A stretch of DNA of 64,000 nucleotides from Ilumatobacteraceae bacterium (GCA_041918155.1 JAYRWH010000017.1:12621-76620); one strand, 5' to 3'. Numbered from the stretch's first letter, positions 1-11,028 are shown. The notes: generated from the letters alone by a model not told the origin. A program made the numbers and translations.

Positions 1-558
1 GTTGGACACGTTGAACGGCATTCCCCACTGCATGCCCTGCGTCGAGTACGCAGTCAGTGCGGTGGGCAGGAACTGCGACATGTCGAAGCCGCTCGCCTCG
101 ATGCACTTGCCCACCGGCACCGTGCTCTCGGTGTCGACCATCGCCTGCACCATGTACTCGGGCATCTGCACGAGGTCGGGGCGGCTGTCCTGCGAAGCAC
201 GCAGATACTTGTCGGCCGTGCCCTCGTAGGAGTCGCTGACCAGCGACACCTTCACCTTGGACTGGCTGGCGTTGTACTCGTCGGTGATTGCCTGCAACGC
301 CTCCGCGAGCGGACCGGTCATGCCGGTCCAGAACGTGATTTCCACCGTGCCGGTCGCGGTGTCGAGTGCGTCGGTGGGGCAGTCGGGCAGGGTATCGGGG
401 GCCACGGTGGTGGTGGGGGCGAGCGTTTGCCCCGGCACCGTGGTGCCAGAGGGCTTGTCACCCGAATCGTTGATGTCGCCGCCACCGCTGCACGCGGCGA
501 CGAGAAGGCCGGCCGCGGCGAGCACGGCGAAACGGCGGGAGGTGGCCAAGGTGCGCAT
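1..558 (-). CDS. Sugar-type ABC transporter substrate-binding lipoprotein, N-terminal part (gene runs off the left edge)
   Basis: Not in ORF track because it is truncated. Manual minus-strand translation from ATG at 558 gives MRTLATSRRFAVLAAAGLLVAACSGGGD..., a signal peptide plus lipobox. It continues ...VEITFWTGMTGPLAEALQAITDEYN..., typical of family-1 solute-binding proteins. The start shares one base with the stop of the upstream permease (TGATG). Confidence 0.75.
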   Translation of the reverse strand, partial: MRTLATSRRFAVLAAAGLLVAACSGGGDINDSGDKPSGTTVPGQTLAPTTTVAPDTLPDCPTDALDTATGTVEITFWTGMTGPLAEALQAITDEYNASQSKVKVSLVSDSYEGTADKYLRASQDSRPDLVQMPEYMVQAMVDTESTVPVGKCIEASGFDMSQFLPTALTAYSTQGMQWGMPFNVSN

Positions 559-1394
559 CAGCCCTTCACCGCCCCGGCCGTGAGCCCGCGGACCAGCTGA
601 CGCTGGAACACGACCAGCATGACGAAGATAGGTACTGCAGCCACGACGAGGCCTCCTGTTACGAGGTTGAACTTGCTGATGTCATTCGGTGTCTTCAGGT
701 GTTCGAGACCGATTTGAATCGTGCGATGGTCCTCGTCCGTGATCACCTGCGAGGGCCAGAGGTAAGCGTTCCACGTCCCGAGGAACACGAACAAGCCGAG
801 GGCACCCAAAGTCGGCCGGCTGAGCGGCACGGCGACGCTCCACAAGAACCGCCAGTGCCCGAGCCCGTCGAGCGCGGCGGCCTCACGCAACTCACCGGGG
901 ATCTGCAGGAACACCTGACGCACGAGGAAGACGCCGAACATGCTGGCCAACGACGGCACGATCAACCCGAGGTAGGAGTTCGTCCACCCCAGCGAATCGG
1001 CGGTGTTGTAGTTGATCAACACCGTCACCTCGGCCGGAACCAGCATGGTGGAGATGAACAGGGCGAAGACCGCCTTCTTCAGCGGAAAGTTCAAGAACGC
1101 GAACGCGTAGGCGGCCAACACGCTGGTGACGATCACTCCAATGGTGACCGCGAGCGACACGAACAGGCTGTTGAGCAACAACCGATCCAGATTGCCGATT
1201 CTCCAGGCGCTGCGGATCGTGTCGAAGGTGAGGTCGACGGGCAGCAGCGAGCGCGGATGGTCGAACGAATCGGGGCCAGACTTGAGGGCCTGCAGCAGCA
1301 CGGCGTAGATCGGGAACAGCACGATCGCCGACAACACGACGAGCGTGGTGTACCGGCCCACCTTGCGTGCCCCACGAACGGTGTCAGCCGCCAT
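558..1394 (-). CDS. Carbohydrate ABC transporter permease (MalG/UgpE-like)
   Basis: 278-aa ORF with multiple hydrophobic TM stretches and an EAA-loop-like ELREAAALDGLGHWRFLWSVAVPLSRP. It overlaps the neighbouring permease gene by 11 nt. Confidence 0.9.
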   Translation of the reverse strand: MAADTVRGARKVGRYTTLVVLSAIVLFPIYAVLLQALKSGPDSFDHPRSLLPVDLTFDTIRSAWRIGNLDRLLLNSLFVSLAVTIGVIVTSVLAAYAFAFLNFPLKKAVFALFISTMLVPAEVTVLINYNTADSLGWTNSYLGLIVPSLASMFGVFLVRQVFLQIPGELREAAALDGLGHWRFLWSVAVPLSRPTLGALGLFVFLGTWNAYLWPSQVITDEDHRTIQIGLEHLKTPNDISKFNLVTGGLVVAAVPIFVMLVVFQRQLVRGLTAGAVKG

Positions 1395-2286
1395 AGTGCA
1401 CCTTCTTGCCGAAACCCCGGAACTGCACCGCGGCGAACACCGCGCTCAGCAGGAACAGCAGCACCGCCGCGGCGGATTTCAGTCCGACGTCATTGCGGAT
1501 CAGAGAGTTCCGTCCGTAGATCAGGTACGGGATGTTGGTGGTGACCTTGCTCTTCCCGTCGTTCGGTCCGCCACCCGTGAGCAGGCTGATCTCGCCGTAG
1601 GTCTGCAGGGCGCGCGTCGTCAGCACCACCGTGAGGAACAACAGCGTGGGCGAGATCATCGGCAGGGTCACGTGCCAGAACCGGCGCAGGCTGCCGGCAC
1701 CATCGACCAGCGCGCTCTCGTGCAACTCGCGGGGCACGCTCTGCAGCGCGGCCGTGACGATGATGAACGAAAACCCGAGCCCGGCCCACACACTGCTGAT
1801 CGCCACGGCCGGGAGTGCGGTGCCCTTGTCGTTGAGCCAACCCGGCTCCTTCAGGCTGGGGAACACGCCACTCAGCTGGTCGGCCAGCACACCGATCTGT
1901 GGTTGCAGGAGCACGAACCACACCAGGCTGGCGACCGCCACGCTGGTGGCGACAGTGCTGGAGAAGATCGTGCGGAAGACCCCGATGCCACGCAGATGCT
2001 TGTCGGCCAGCACCGCCAGGCCAAGGCCAAGGGCCAAGCCGGTGGGCACGGTGAAGATCGCGAACTTCACCGAAACCCACAAGGCATCTTGGAACTGCGC
2101 GCTCTTGAACACCTGGCTGAACTGGCCCCAGCCGACGTCGCGGCACTCCGTGAACGTTCGGTCGCACTGGCGGTGCCCGTAGTCGACCGCGCGCACGAGG
2201 GGATAGATCGTCCACACCATCAGCAGCGCTGCCGACGGCACCAGCATCAGCAGCGCGGGCGGCAGGTCGCGCAGCTTGCGTTTCAC
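1384..2286 (-). CDS. Carbohydrate ABC transporter permease (MalF/UgpA-like)
   Basis: 300-aa polytopic ORF with EAA loop ELHESALVDGAGSLRRFWHVTLPMISP. 4-nt overlap with the upstream ATPase gene. Confidence 0.9.
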   Translation of the reverse strand: MKRKLRDLPPALLMLVPSAALLMVWTIYPLVRAVDYGHRQCDRTFTECRDVGWGQFSQVFKSAQFQDALWVSVKFAIFTVPTGLALGLGLAVLADKHLRGIGVFRTIFSSTVATSVAVASLVWFVLLQPQIGVLADQLSGVFPSLKEPGWLNDKGTALPAVAISSVWAGLGFSFIIVTAALQSVPRELHESALVDGAGSLRRFWHVTLPMISPTLLFLTVVLTTRALQTYGEISLLTGGGPNDGKSKVTTNIPYLIYGRNSLIRNDVGLKSAAAVLLFLLSAVFAAVQFRGFGKKVHYGG

Positions 2287-3323
2287 GGCAGCCTCTTGCC
2301 GGTCACTGCGTCGAAGCGGTGCATTGACGACTCGGCGGCGTCGAAGCGCAACACTTCGCCCACCATCGGCACGCCGGCCGAGGGTGCCATGCGCGACACG
2401 AGCCGGCCGATGGCCTCCGACTCCGCGAGCACGAGCACCTCGTGGCCGAGGTGCTCGATCTGGTGCACCCGGGCTTCAACCCGCCCGTCGGAGGTGGGCT
2501 GCAGGTCTTCGGCGCGCACGCCCACCTGCACGTCGGCGCTACCGAGCAGGCCGGGCGGGAGCATGTTCATCGGCGGGGTACCGATGAACTGGGCCACGAA
2601 CACGCTGGCCGGGCGGTCGTACACGTCTTGTGGGGTGCCCACCTGCTCGAGGCGGCCCTTGTTGAGGATCGCGACGCGACTGCCCATCGTCATCGCCTCG
2701 ACCTGGTCGTGGGTGACATAGAGGAACGTGCTTTCGAGGCGGCGGTGCAGATCGACGAGTTCCGTACGGGTGTCGCCGCGGAGCTTGGCATCGAGGTTGC
2801 TGAGCGGTTCGTCCATCAGGAACACCGCCGGCTTGCGCACGATGGCGCGGGCGAGCGCGACGCGCTGGCGCTGGCCACCGCTCAACTGGCCCGGCTTGCG
2901 CTTCATGTAGTCGCCGAGCCCGAGCGACTCGGCGGCGCGCAGGGCCTCGACCGAGCGTTCGGCCTTGTGCACGCCGCGAACCTTCAGCGGGAACTCAATG
3001 TTCGCTCGCACGGTCTTGTGCGGGTAGAGGGCATAGCTCTGGAACACCATGGCAATGTCGCGATCCTTCGGTGGCACGTCGTTGACCTGGCGTTCACCGA
3101 TGAACACCTCACCGATGGTTGGGTCTTCCAGACCCGCAACCATCCGCAACAACGTGCTCTTGCCGCAGCCCGACGGGCCGAGGAGGATCATGAACTCACC
3201 GTCGGCGACGTCGAGCGTGACGTCGTCGACAGCGGCCACCTCATCGGCGCCCTCCCCGAACCTCTTGGTGACCTTTTCCAGCCGTACGCGTGCCACGGCT
3301 GCGACAGTAGCCTCACCGTTCAT
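2283..3323 (-). CDS. ABC transporter ATP-binding protein (MalK/UgpC-like)
   Basis: Walker A GPSGCGKST, signature LSGGQRQR, Walker B FLMDEP, C-terminal regulatory/OB-like domain. The ORF-track frame extends to 4106, but that N-terminal extension is Arg/Ser-rich junk. I take Met262 (MNGEATVAAVARVRLEK) as the start, at 3323. Confidence 0.9.
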   Translation of the reverse strand: MNGEATVAAVARVRLEKVTKRFGEGADEVAAVDDVTLDVADGEFMILLGPSGCGKSTLLRMVAGLEDPTIGEVFIGERQVNDVPPKDRDIAMVFQSYALYPHKTVRANIEFPLKVRGVHKAERSVEALRAAESLGLGDYMKRKPGQLSGGQRQRVALARAIVRKPAVFLMDEPLSNLDAKLRGDTRTELVDLHRRLESTFLYVTHDQVEAMTMGSRVAILNKGRLEQVGTPQDVYDRPASVFVAQFIGTPPMNMLPPGLLGSADVQVGVRAEDLQPTSDGRVEARVHQIEHLGHEVLVLAESEAIGRLVSRMAPSAGVPMVGEVLRFDAAESSMHRFDAVTGKRLP

Positions 3324-3516
3324 GAACGATGAGCACGAACAGGTGAACACTGAGGGCGCGGCCCTCGACCTCGACACCATCGAGCGCGACCTGGCGGGTG
3401 TGGAGGTGGCGCTCGCCCGCCTCGATGCCGGCACGTACTGGACCGACGAGGTCACCGGCGCACCCCTCTCGGCGGAACTGCTCGAGCAGCACCCCACCGC
3501 CCGCCGAGGCGGCTGA
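3322..3516 (+). CDS. Small DksA/TraR-like protein lacking the zinc-finger cysteines (64 aa)
   Basis: Met92 of ORF 3049..3516. LDTIERDLAGVEVALARLDAGTYWTDEVTGAPLSAELLEQHPTARR follows the DksA/TraR C-terminal pattern (G.Y..C..CG..I...RL...P), but every Cys position is substituted. Coding status is not proven. Confidence 0.45.
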   Translation: MNDEHEQVNTEGAALDLDTIERDLAGVEVALARLDAGTYWTDEVTGAPLSAELLEQHPTARRGG

Positions 3517-3525
3517 GGGCGCGGC

Positions 3526-4887
3526 GTGGGCCGCCGCCTCACCCATGTGCGCCGCACCCTGCGGGTGTGGCGGCTGACGGCCCGCAACGGGCTGCGCTTC
3601 GTCGCCCACCGCGGCCGGCGCACGTTCGCCCGCAACGTGCGCAAGGCCGAACTCGACAGCCGCTTCGCGATCCGCACGTCCGAGGATGTCGCCCGCCAGC
3701 TCGGCAACATGAAGGGCGCGCTGATGAAGTTCGGGCAGCTCCTGAGCTTCGTCGTCGAGGCCCTCCCCGACGAGGCCCAGAAGGCGCTGTCGTCGCTGCA
3801 GGCCGACGCCCCGCCCATGGCCCCCTCGGCTGCCGCGGCCGTGGTGCGCGCGGAGCTGGGCGCCGACCCCGAGGACGTGTTCCTCGACTGGCAGGCCCTG
3901 CCCGTGGCCGCCGCGAGCATCGGCCAGGTGCACCGGGCCGTCACCCACGACGGCCGCCGCGTGGCCGTCAAGGTGCAGTACCCAGGTGTCGGCGATGCGA
4001 TCGAGACCGACCTCAGCAACACCGAGGGCCTGTACCGGCTGGCAGGGGCGTTCGCTCTGAAGGGGCTGGACCACAAGGCCCTCGTCGACGAGTTGCGCGA
4101 CCGCATGCGTGAGGAACTCGATTACCGAGGCGAGGCCGCCAACCAGCGTGAGTTCGCCGGCCACTTCGCCGGCCACCCCTTCGTCACGATCCCCGAGGTC
4201 GACACGGCGACGAGCACCGAACGCGTGCTCACCAGCGAGTGGGTCGACGGCATCGGCTTCGCCGAGTTCCTCGAGTCGGCCTCAGCGGCGGCACGCGAGC
4301 GCTCCGGCGAGAGCATCTGGCGCTTCGTGCAGTACAGCGTCAACCACCTGCGCACGTTCAACGGCGACCCGCACCCGGGGAACTACCGCTTCGCCGCCGA
4401 CGGATCGGTGACATTCCTCGACTTCGGGCTCGTGAAGCGCTGGGCGCCCGGTGCCTGGGAACAGCTGCAGCCCAGCCTGGAGGCGATCATCGTCCACCGC
4501 GACCCTGAGCGACTCGTGCTCGCGATGGAGGTCGTGGGCTTCCTGCAACCTGGCCACGGCCTGCCCGCCGACCAGGTGTACGACTACGTCAGCACCCCCT
4601 ATCTCCCGTACCTCACGGACCGCTTCGAGTTCACCCGCGACTTCGTGAAGGACGCACTGGCGACGATCATCGACGTGCGTGGCCCGCACGCCGATGTGAT
4701 CGCCCGGCTCAACATGCCGACCAGCTTCGTGATCCTCGACCGCGTGGTGTGGGGCGTGAACGCGATCCTCGGCAAGCTCGGAGTGGAGGCGCCGTGGCGG
4801 GCGATGCTGCTGGAGTACGTGGACGGCGGGCCACCCGCGACCCCACTCGGCGCGGCCGAGCGCCGTTGGCGGATGCGAACGGAGTGA
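3526..4887 (+). CDS. ABC1/UbiB-family atypical protein kinase
   Basis: 453 aa. Contains AASIGQVHRAVTHDGRRVAVKVQYPGV (ABC1 Lys motif), DYRGEAANQREF and GDPHPGNYRF catalytic-loop-like motifs. Confidence 0.85.
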   Translation: MGRRLTHVRRTLRVWRLTARNGLRFVAHRGRRTFARNVRKAELDSRFAIRTSEDVARQLGNMKGALMKFGQLLSFVVEALPDEAQKALSSLQADAPPMAPSAAAAVVRAELGADPEDVFLDWQALPVAAASIGQVHRAVTHDGRRVAVKVQYPGVGDAIETDLSNTEGLYRLAGAFALKGLDHKALVDELRDRMREELDYRGEAANQREFAGHFAGHPFVTIPEVDTATSTERVLTSEWVDGIGFAEFLESASAAARERSGESIWRFVQYSVNHLRTFNGDPHPGNYRFAADGSVTFLDFGLVKRWAPGAWEQLQPSLEAIIVHRDPERLVLAMEVVGFLQPGHGLPADQVYDYVSTPYLPYLTDRFEFTRDFVKDALATIIDVRGPHADVIARLNMPTSFVILDRVVWGVNAILGKLGVEAPWRAMLLEYVDGGPPATPLGAAERRWRMRTE

Positions 4888-4913
4888 CCGCGCGCCGTGG
4901 CTAGTCTCGCCCC

Positions 4914-5381
4914 GTGTACGGGATCGAGGACACGTCGCGCCGCTTCGGCCAGTACCGGTGGGCCGAGCTGCAACTGTTCGAGCTGCTCGGCGGCTGGGCC
5001 ACCTCGGCCGCGGATGCACAGGTCGTGGCGATGCTGGCCGCCCACTGCCATCACCATGCCTGGCACGCCGACGTGTTCGCCGGGCGCACACCCGCCGTCG
5101 CGGGGCTGGAAGCCGCTGCGGAACCGGCGCCCCTCCCCGAACTGGTACCGATGCTCGACGCGGCGCGGGGCGCCGACGGCACAGCGGCCCGCCTGCGAGC
5201 GGTGTACCAGAACGTGCTGCCCGCCCTCGCCGCCGAATACGAGCGCCACCTGTTGGTCACCGACCCGCGCATCGACGGCCCGACGGTGAGGGCACTCACG
5301 CTGGCACTGCACGACCTGGCCGACGACCGCAGCGAGGGAGAAGAGATGCTCGAGCGCCTCAGCGGCGCTGCAGCTTGCTGA
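4914..5381 (+). CDS. Hypothetical protein (His-rich helical, possibly ferritin/DinB-like)
   Basis: 155-aa ORF with GC3-biased codon usage and a non-junk composition (AAHCHHHAWHADVF). No family recognised by eye. The 3' end overlaps the convergent BI-1 gene by 23 nt. Confidence 0.5.
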   Translation: MYGIEDTSRRFGQYRWAELQLFELLGGWATSAADAQVVAMLAAHCHHHAWHADVFAGRTPAVAGLEAAAEPAPLPELVPMLDAARGADGTAARLRAVYQNVLPALAAEYERHLLVTDPRIDGPTVRALTLALHDLADDRSEGEEMLERLSGAAAC

Positions 5382-6180
5382 GCAGTCGCAGGATCTCGAG
5401 GTACAGCCAGATGATCGTGGCGAGCAGGCCGAAGGCGGCGTACCACTCCATGCCTTTGGGCCAGCCAGCAGCGGCGCCCTTCTCGATGAGGTCGAAGTCG
5501 ACGGCGAGCATCATCGCCGCCAGGCCGGCCGCGAACAGGCTGAACCCGATTCCGAGCAGGCTCGGCGAGTTGATGAAACTCACCGAGTGCGACCCTGCCA
5601 CCAGGGCGAACACGAACGACACCATGTAGAAAAGCATCAGGCCGACGGTGGCGCCGACGACAATGCGGCGGAAGCGATCGGTGACCTTGATGATGCGCGA
5701 GCGGTAGAGGAACAACATCACCGCGAACACGGCGAGCGTGGCGCCCACAGCCTGGATGACGATGCCGTTGTACGCCGCGTCGTACATGCGCGAGATGACG
5801 CCGAGGAAGAAGCCCTGGGCGAGCGCGTACACCGGCGCCAGCACGGGTGCCCAGTTGGGCTTGAAGCGCAAGGTGATCGCGCAGCCGAATCCGACCACCA
5901 TGAAGCCGATCGCCGCCACCGACACCCCATTGAAGTTGGCCGTGGTGGTGGGCGCTGCGACCCAGCCGGCAACTGCCGTGGAGAGCAACAGCACGAGCAG
6001 CACGCCCGTCGCCGTTGCCGTGCCGGCGACCGTCATCACCTTCGGACGCCACGAGCTGATCGGGCCGTCGGTGATGGGAAGGGTGGCGATCGGGGTGCTG
6101 CGCGAGGCCGGATCGGGAGCACCCCAGCCGGCGCGAGCCGCTTCCGTGGCAGCTTTCTCGTTCATCAGCGGGTTCGACAT
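5359..6180 (-). CDS. Bax inhibitor-1/YccA family membrane protein
   Basis: About 7 hydrophobic segments and the characteristic basic C-terminal tail ...IIWLYLEILRLLSKLQRR. Start trimmed to Met21 (MSNPLMNEK). Confidence 0.8.
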   Translation of the reverse strand: MSNPLMNEKAATEAARAGWGAPDPASRSTPIATLPITDGPISSWRPKVMTVAGTATATGVLLVLLLSTAVAGWVAAPTTTANFNGVSVAAIGFMVVGFGCAITLRFKPNWAPVLAPVYALAQGFFLGVISRMYDAAYNGIVIQAVGATLAVFAVMLFLYRSRIIKVTDRFRRIVVGATVGLMLFYMVSFVFALVAGSHSVSFINSPSLLGIGFSLFAAGLAAMMLAVDFDLIEKGAAAGWPKGMEWYAAFGLLATIIWLYLEILRLLSKLQRR

Positions 6181-6332
6181 GCTGGTCACGCTACCTCGGG
6201 CCCTGGTGATCCCGAAGACCTTGCTTGTGAATGTGTGCACGCGAGTGGAGGGGCTTGACCGGGTGGGTATCGTGACCGAATCGTCGGGTAGGTCACCTGG
6301 CTCGCACGCCGTTCACTTCGGGGAGTTATTTC

Positions 6333-7268
<936 letters not shown>

Positions 7269-7296
7269 ACCGCCACCGGCGACTGGATCGGTCGAC

Positions 7297-10020
7297 GTGC
7301 GCATCGTCGGTCGTGATCGCGAGACGATCTGGCTCACGGAACTGATCGCGGCAGCATCGTCGCGCTCCGCCGTCGTCACCATCGATGCGGCTGCTGGTGT
7401 GGGCAAATCCGCCCTAATGGCACTCTCCGGCGAACTTGCTGAGCAGGCCGGAGCGCGCGTGGTGCGGTGTCAGCCGAGCGCAGCCGAAGCCCATTACGCC
7501 TACGCCGCGCTCGGCGACATCATGAGCACGATCGACGACCTCGCAGCCGTCGAGGAGGTACCGCGGCGCGCGCTGGAACGTGCGCTGCTGCGCGCCGAGG
7601 GCTCCACGGATGAACCACTCGACGCTCGGGCGGTCGGGTTGGGCTGTGCCGCTGTGTGGCGGGAGCTGGCGAGGGAGCGGCCCCTCGTGATCCTGATCGA
7701 CGACGTGCACTGGCTCGACGCGGCGTCGGCCGAAGCGCTCGCGTTCGGCGTCCGCCGGTTACCGCCGACCGGAGTCGTCGTCGTCGGGGCACGCCGCACC
7801 GCAGAACCCGGGCCCTCCTTGCCCGGCGACACCCACACTCTCGAACCGCTCACGGCGACGGCCATGACGGCATTGCTCAATGAGTACGTCGCGCACGGCG
7901 AGCGCCACCTCACCGGGCGAGAGCTGCGCGGGATCGTCGAGGCCGCGGGCGGCAATCCGCTGTTCGCGCTCGAACTGGTGCGCCATGCCGCCCGCCATCC
8001 TTCCATCACCGGTACCCGCCCCGCTGTGCCGGCTTCGCTGGAGGCGCTGATCGCCGATCGCTTCGACAATGCCTCCGCCGAGGTCGTGGAGGCGCTCGCG
8101 CTCGCTGCCATGCTGGCGCGGCCGACGATGGAGGCGGTGCGCCAGTTGGCGATCTCCGGCGAGATCGAACGGGCCGAGCGCGACGGGCTCGTCGAGACCG
8201 GCACGGGCCGCGTCGTGTTCGCTCATCCCCTGTTCGCGGCGGTGGTGCAGCAACGAACCCCCGCGACTGGCCGACGCCGGCTGCACCAACGCATCGCGAC
8301 GGCGATCACCGATCCCGAACAGCAGCTCCGCCATGCCGCCTTCGCCGCGGAACAGCCGGACGCGGCGCTGGCGGCGCGTCTCGCGGCACAGGCGGCGGCA
8401 TTGGAGGGCCGCGGCGCCGGCGAACAGGCCGCCGAGCTGGCCGAGTTCGCCGCCCGGCTCAGCCCGCTCGACGACCCGGCCCGGCATGACCGGTATGTCG
8501 ATGCCGCACGACTCGCCTTCCAGCGCGGCGAAGCCGACCTCGCCTCACAGCTGCTGGACGACATCGACGGGGCCGCGGCACCCGCCGCATGCAAGGTGCG
8601 CGAACTGCTGGTGCGGGCGAAGGTGGAGTTCTCCCTCGGCAGCGCCGACGCAGCCCGCCGCCGTGCACTCCAGGCGCTGACCCACTGCACCAACGACGAC
8701 GAGCGGGTGGAGGTGCACTCGATCCTCGCCCGCGTGTCGTACGACGACTTCGACGAGAGCACCCGCCAGGCGACGATCGCGATGGAGCTGGCCGAACACT
8801 GCCATCTCCAGCCCGGCGTGCTCGCCAACGTGCTCGCCGCCCGGGCCGGAGAGGCCTTCATGGCCGGCCATGGCCTTGATCGCGCCATGTTCGAGCGGGC
8901 CATCGCCCTAGAACGCGACACCGTCCAGTTCTCCGCCAACTCCGCCTACTCGTCGTACGCGGTGCTGCTGAAGATGGCGGACGACTTCGACGAGTCCCGC
9001 TCGATGCTGCTGTCCGTGCTGCGCAACAACGACGACGAGGGCGCACTCCCGTTCGTGCTCTCCCACCTGCCACAACTCGAGTTGTGGACCGGCAACTGGG
9101 ATGCGGCCGAGGAGTACGCACAGCGGCACCTCGAGGCGGCCCTGCGCACCGGGCAGCACGACCAGGCAGTGCAGGCACGTATCAACCTTGCGCTCATCGA
9201 TATCCACCGCGGCGACGTCACCGAGGCGGCCGTGATGGCCGAGGAAGTCCGCAGCACCGGCCACGATGCCGGCGACGCCTGGACCGAACGCAACGGCCTC
9301 GGCTTGCTCGGGCTGGTGGCCATGGCCGAGGGCAACGCGCCGCGGGCCGTCGAACTGCTCCAGCGGTGGCACGACCTTGCCGAGCAGATGGCCCTGCGCG
9401 ACCCGGGGTACTGCCGGATGCAGGGCGATCTCGTCGAGGCATTGGTGGCCACCGGACGGCTGCACGAGGCCGGGCAGTACGCCGAGTTCATGCAGGCGAA
9501 TGCCACACGCTTGACCCGCCTGACGTTGCTGGCCGGCGCGGCCCGGGCGAGGGCGCTGGTGGCCGCTTCGCAGGGCGATCGCGATCTCGCCGTCTCACTG
9601 GCCACGACCGCCGTCGACGGCTTCGCCGCCACACCGATGGTCGTCGAGCAGGCGCGTTCCCTGCTCACGCTCGGGCAGATCCACCGCCGGTTCAAGGAGA
9701 AGGCCGCGGCGCGTACCGCGCTCGAACAGGCGCTGACGGTGTTCGACCGCTTGGGGGCCGAGCGACTGGCGGAGCGCACCCGCCAGGACCTGGCCCGGCT
9801 CGGGCTGCGCACCAGCCATGCGACCGCGTTGACCGAGACCGAGCTGCGCGTCGCCCGTCTCGCGGCGACGGGCCGCACCGTGCGGCAGGTGGGTAACGAG
9901 TTGTTCATCAGCCCGAAGACCGTGGAAGCCAACCTCACGCGCGTGTACCGCAAGCTGGGGTTGAGCGGCCGCGCCGAGTTGGCCACCTGGGCAGCCACCG
10001 TGGACGGCCGCAACGACTGA
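7297..10020 (+). CDS. Large ATPase-LuxR (LAL/MalT-like) transcriptional regulator
   Basis: 907 aa. N-terminal P-loop DAAAGVGKSAL and Walker B-like LVILIDDVHWLD, a long helical/TPR-like middle, and a C-terminal LuxR HTH LTETELRVARLAATGRTVRQVGNELFISPKTVEANLTRVYRKLG. Confidence 0.9.
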   Translation: MRIVGRDRETIWLTELIAAASSRSAVVTIDAAAGVGKSALMALSGELAEQAGARVVRCQPSAAEAHYAYAALGDIMSTIDDLAAVEEVPRRALERALLRAEGSTDEPLDARAVGLGCAAVWRELARERPLVILIDDVHWLDAASAEALAFGVRRLPPTGVVVVGARRTAEPGPSLPGDTHTLEPLTATAMTALLNEYVAHGERHLTGRELRGIVEAAGGNPLFALELVRHAARHPSITGTRPAVPASLEALIADRFDNASAEVVEALALAAMLARPTMEAVRQLAISGEIERAERDGLVETGTGRVVFAHPLFAAVVQQRTPATGRRRLHQRIATAITDPEQQLRHAAFAAEQPDAALAARLAAQAAALEGRGAGEQAAELAEFAARLSPLDDPARHDRYVDAARLAFQRGEADLASQLLDDIDGAAAPAACKVRELLVRAKVEFSLGSADAARRRALQALTHCTNDDERVEVHSILARVSYDDFDESTRQATIAMELAEHCHLQPGVLANVLAARAGEAFMAGHGLDRAMFERAIALERDTVQFSANSAYSSYAVLLKMADDFDESRSMLLSVLRNNDDEGALPFVLSHLPQLELWTGNWDAAEEYAQRHLEAALRTGQHDQAVQARINLALIDIHRGDVTEAAVMAEEVRSTGHDAGDAWTERNGLGLLGLVAMAEGNAPRAVELLQRWHDLAEQMALRDPGYCRMQGDLVEALVATGRLHEAGQYAEFMQANATRLTRLTLLAGAARARALVAASQGDRDLAVSLATTAVDGFAATPMVVEQARSLLTLGQIHRRFKEKAAARTALEQALTVFDRLGAERLAERTRQDLARLGLRTSHATALTETELRVARLAATGRTVRQVGNELFISPKTVEANLTRVYRKLGLSGRAELATWAATVDGRND

Positions 10021-10048
10021 CGGCGGCAGCCGGTCGACAGCGAGGGGT

Positions 10049-10078
10049 GCGAACGAGGGGATCCCCCGATTCGTTCGC
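10049..10078 (+). terminator. Hairpin terminator candidate downstream of the LuxR-family gene
   Basis: GCGAACGA(N14, containing the palindrome GGGGATCCCC)TCGTTCGC, followed a few nt later by CGTTTTCG. Confidence 0.5.
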
Positions 10079-10197
10079 GCGCTCGTTTTCGTACCGTCGC
10101 CACGTGAGCAGTTCGGATCGTCCCGAGCCGGACACCCGGCACGCCTGGGTCGATCCGTTCGCCCTCAACGAATTGCCCACCTCTCGAAAGCAGCACC

Positions 10198-11028
10198 GTG
10201 ACTCCGACCAACGCCCACTCCCGACGAACCGTGCGAATCGGCCTCGTGTCACTCACCGTCGCCACTTGCCTGGCGCTCGCCGCCTGCTCCGGTGGTGGCG
10301 ACAGCGACACCGCTGAGTCCGAGCCGACTCCCACCACAGCGGTGTCGGCCGCGACGACTCCGCCGTCCTCTACCCCCGATTCGTCCGCCAGCACGACAGC
10401 AGCCAATGTCACCGCACCCGGGGCGGTCGATGAATTGGACGACCTGGACGAGGACGGTGAGTTCGACCCGCGTTGTGGAACGGCCGATCTCGGCGGCGGA
10501 CTGATCGTCGAGACCCTCTGCTCCGCGACCTTGGCACCGACGCCGGAGGAGGGAGTGATCCCTCTGCCGAACTCGCTACTCACCCTGCCGTCACCGCCGC
10601 GTTGGGAAGACCTCGCCGGCGTCGATGCGGTGGTGAAGGTCGCCACCCGCCTCGGCGGCGGCCGCGTGGTGATCTACGTGCTCGGCAGCGACACCCTGTT
10701 CGACAGCGGTCGGGCGACCATCCGCTCGACGGCGCAGCCCCCACTCGAGGCGATCGTCGCGTCGATCGCTGCCCGGTTCCCCGGTCAGCCGATCACCGTG
10801 CGCGGGGCCGCCGATTCCGTCGGCGCACCGGCAGCCAACCAGACACTGTCCGAGCAACGCGCAACCGCTGTTGTGCAACAGCTCATCGCACTCGGTCTGC
10901 CGGCGGGTGCGATCACCTCGCTGGGCCTGGGCGAGACCGTGCCGGTTGCGGCAGAGACGAATCCCGATGGTTCGGTCAGCCCGATCGGCCAGCAGGTCAA
11001 CCGCCGCGTCGAGATCGTCGTCGGCTGA
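10198..11028 (+). CDS. OmpA/MotB-domain lipoprotein
   Basis: Signal peptide plus lipobox (LALAACSGGG), Ser/Thr/Pro linker, and a C-terminal OmpA-like peptidoglycan-binding domain (LFDSGRATI...NQTLSEQRATAVVQQL...NRRVEIVV). Confidence 0.85.
   Translation: MTPTNAHSRRTVRIGLVSLTVATCLALAACSGGGDSDTAESEPTPTTAVSAATTPPSSTPDSSASTTAANVTAPGAVDELDDLDEDGEFDPRCGTADLGGGLIVETLCSATLAPTPEEGVIPLPNSLLTLPSPPRWEDLAGVDAVVKVATRLGGGRVVIYVLGSDTLFDSGRATIRSTAQPPLEAIVASIAARFPGQPITVRGAADSVGAPAANQTLSEQRATAVVQQLIALGLPAGAITSLGLGETVPVAAETNPDGSVSPIGQQVNRRVEIVVG

Noticed and set aside
3324-4106. N-terminal 261-codon extension of the ABC ATPase ORF (607 aa in the track)
   Set aside because: The extension runs antisense through the ABC1 kinase gene and is Ser/Arg/Ala junk. 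A standard MalK-like protein begins at Met262.
8946-10646. 566-aa ORF on the minus strand
   Set aside because: It is antisense to the LuxR-family gene and the OmpA lipoprotein gene and even spans their intergenic terminator. Ser/Arg/Ala-rich low-complexity translation, so a shadow ORF.
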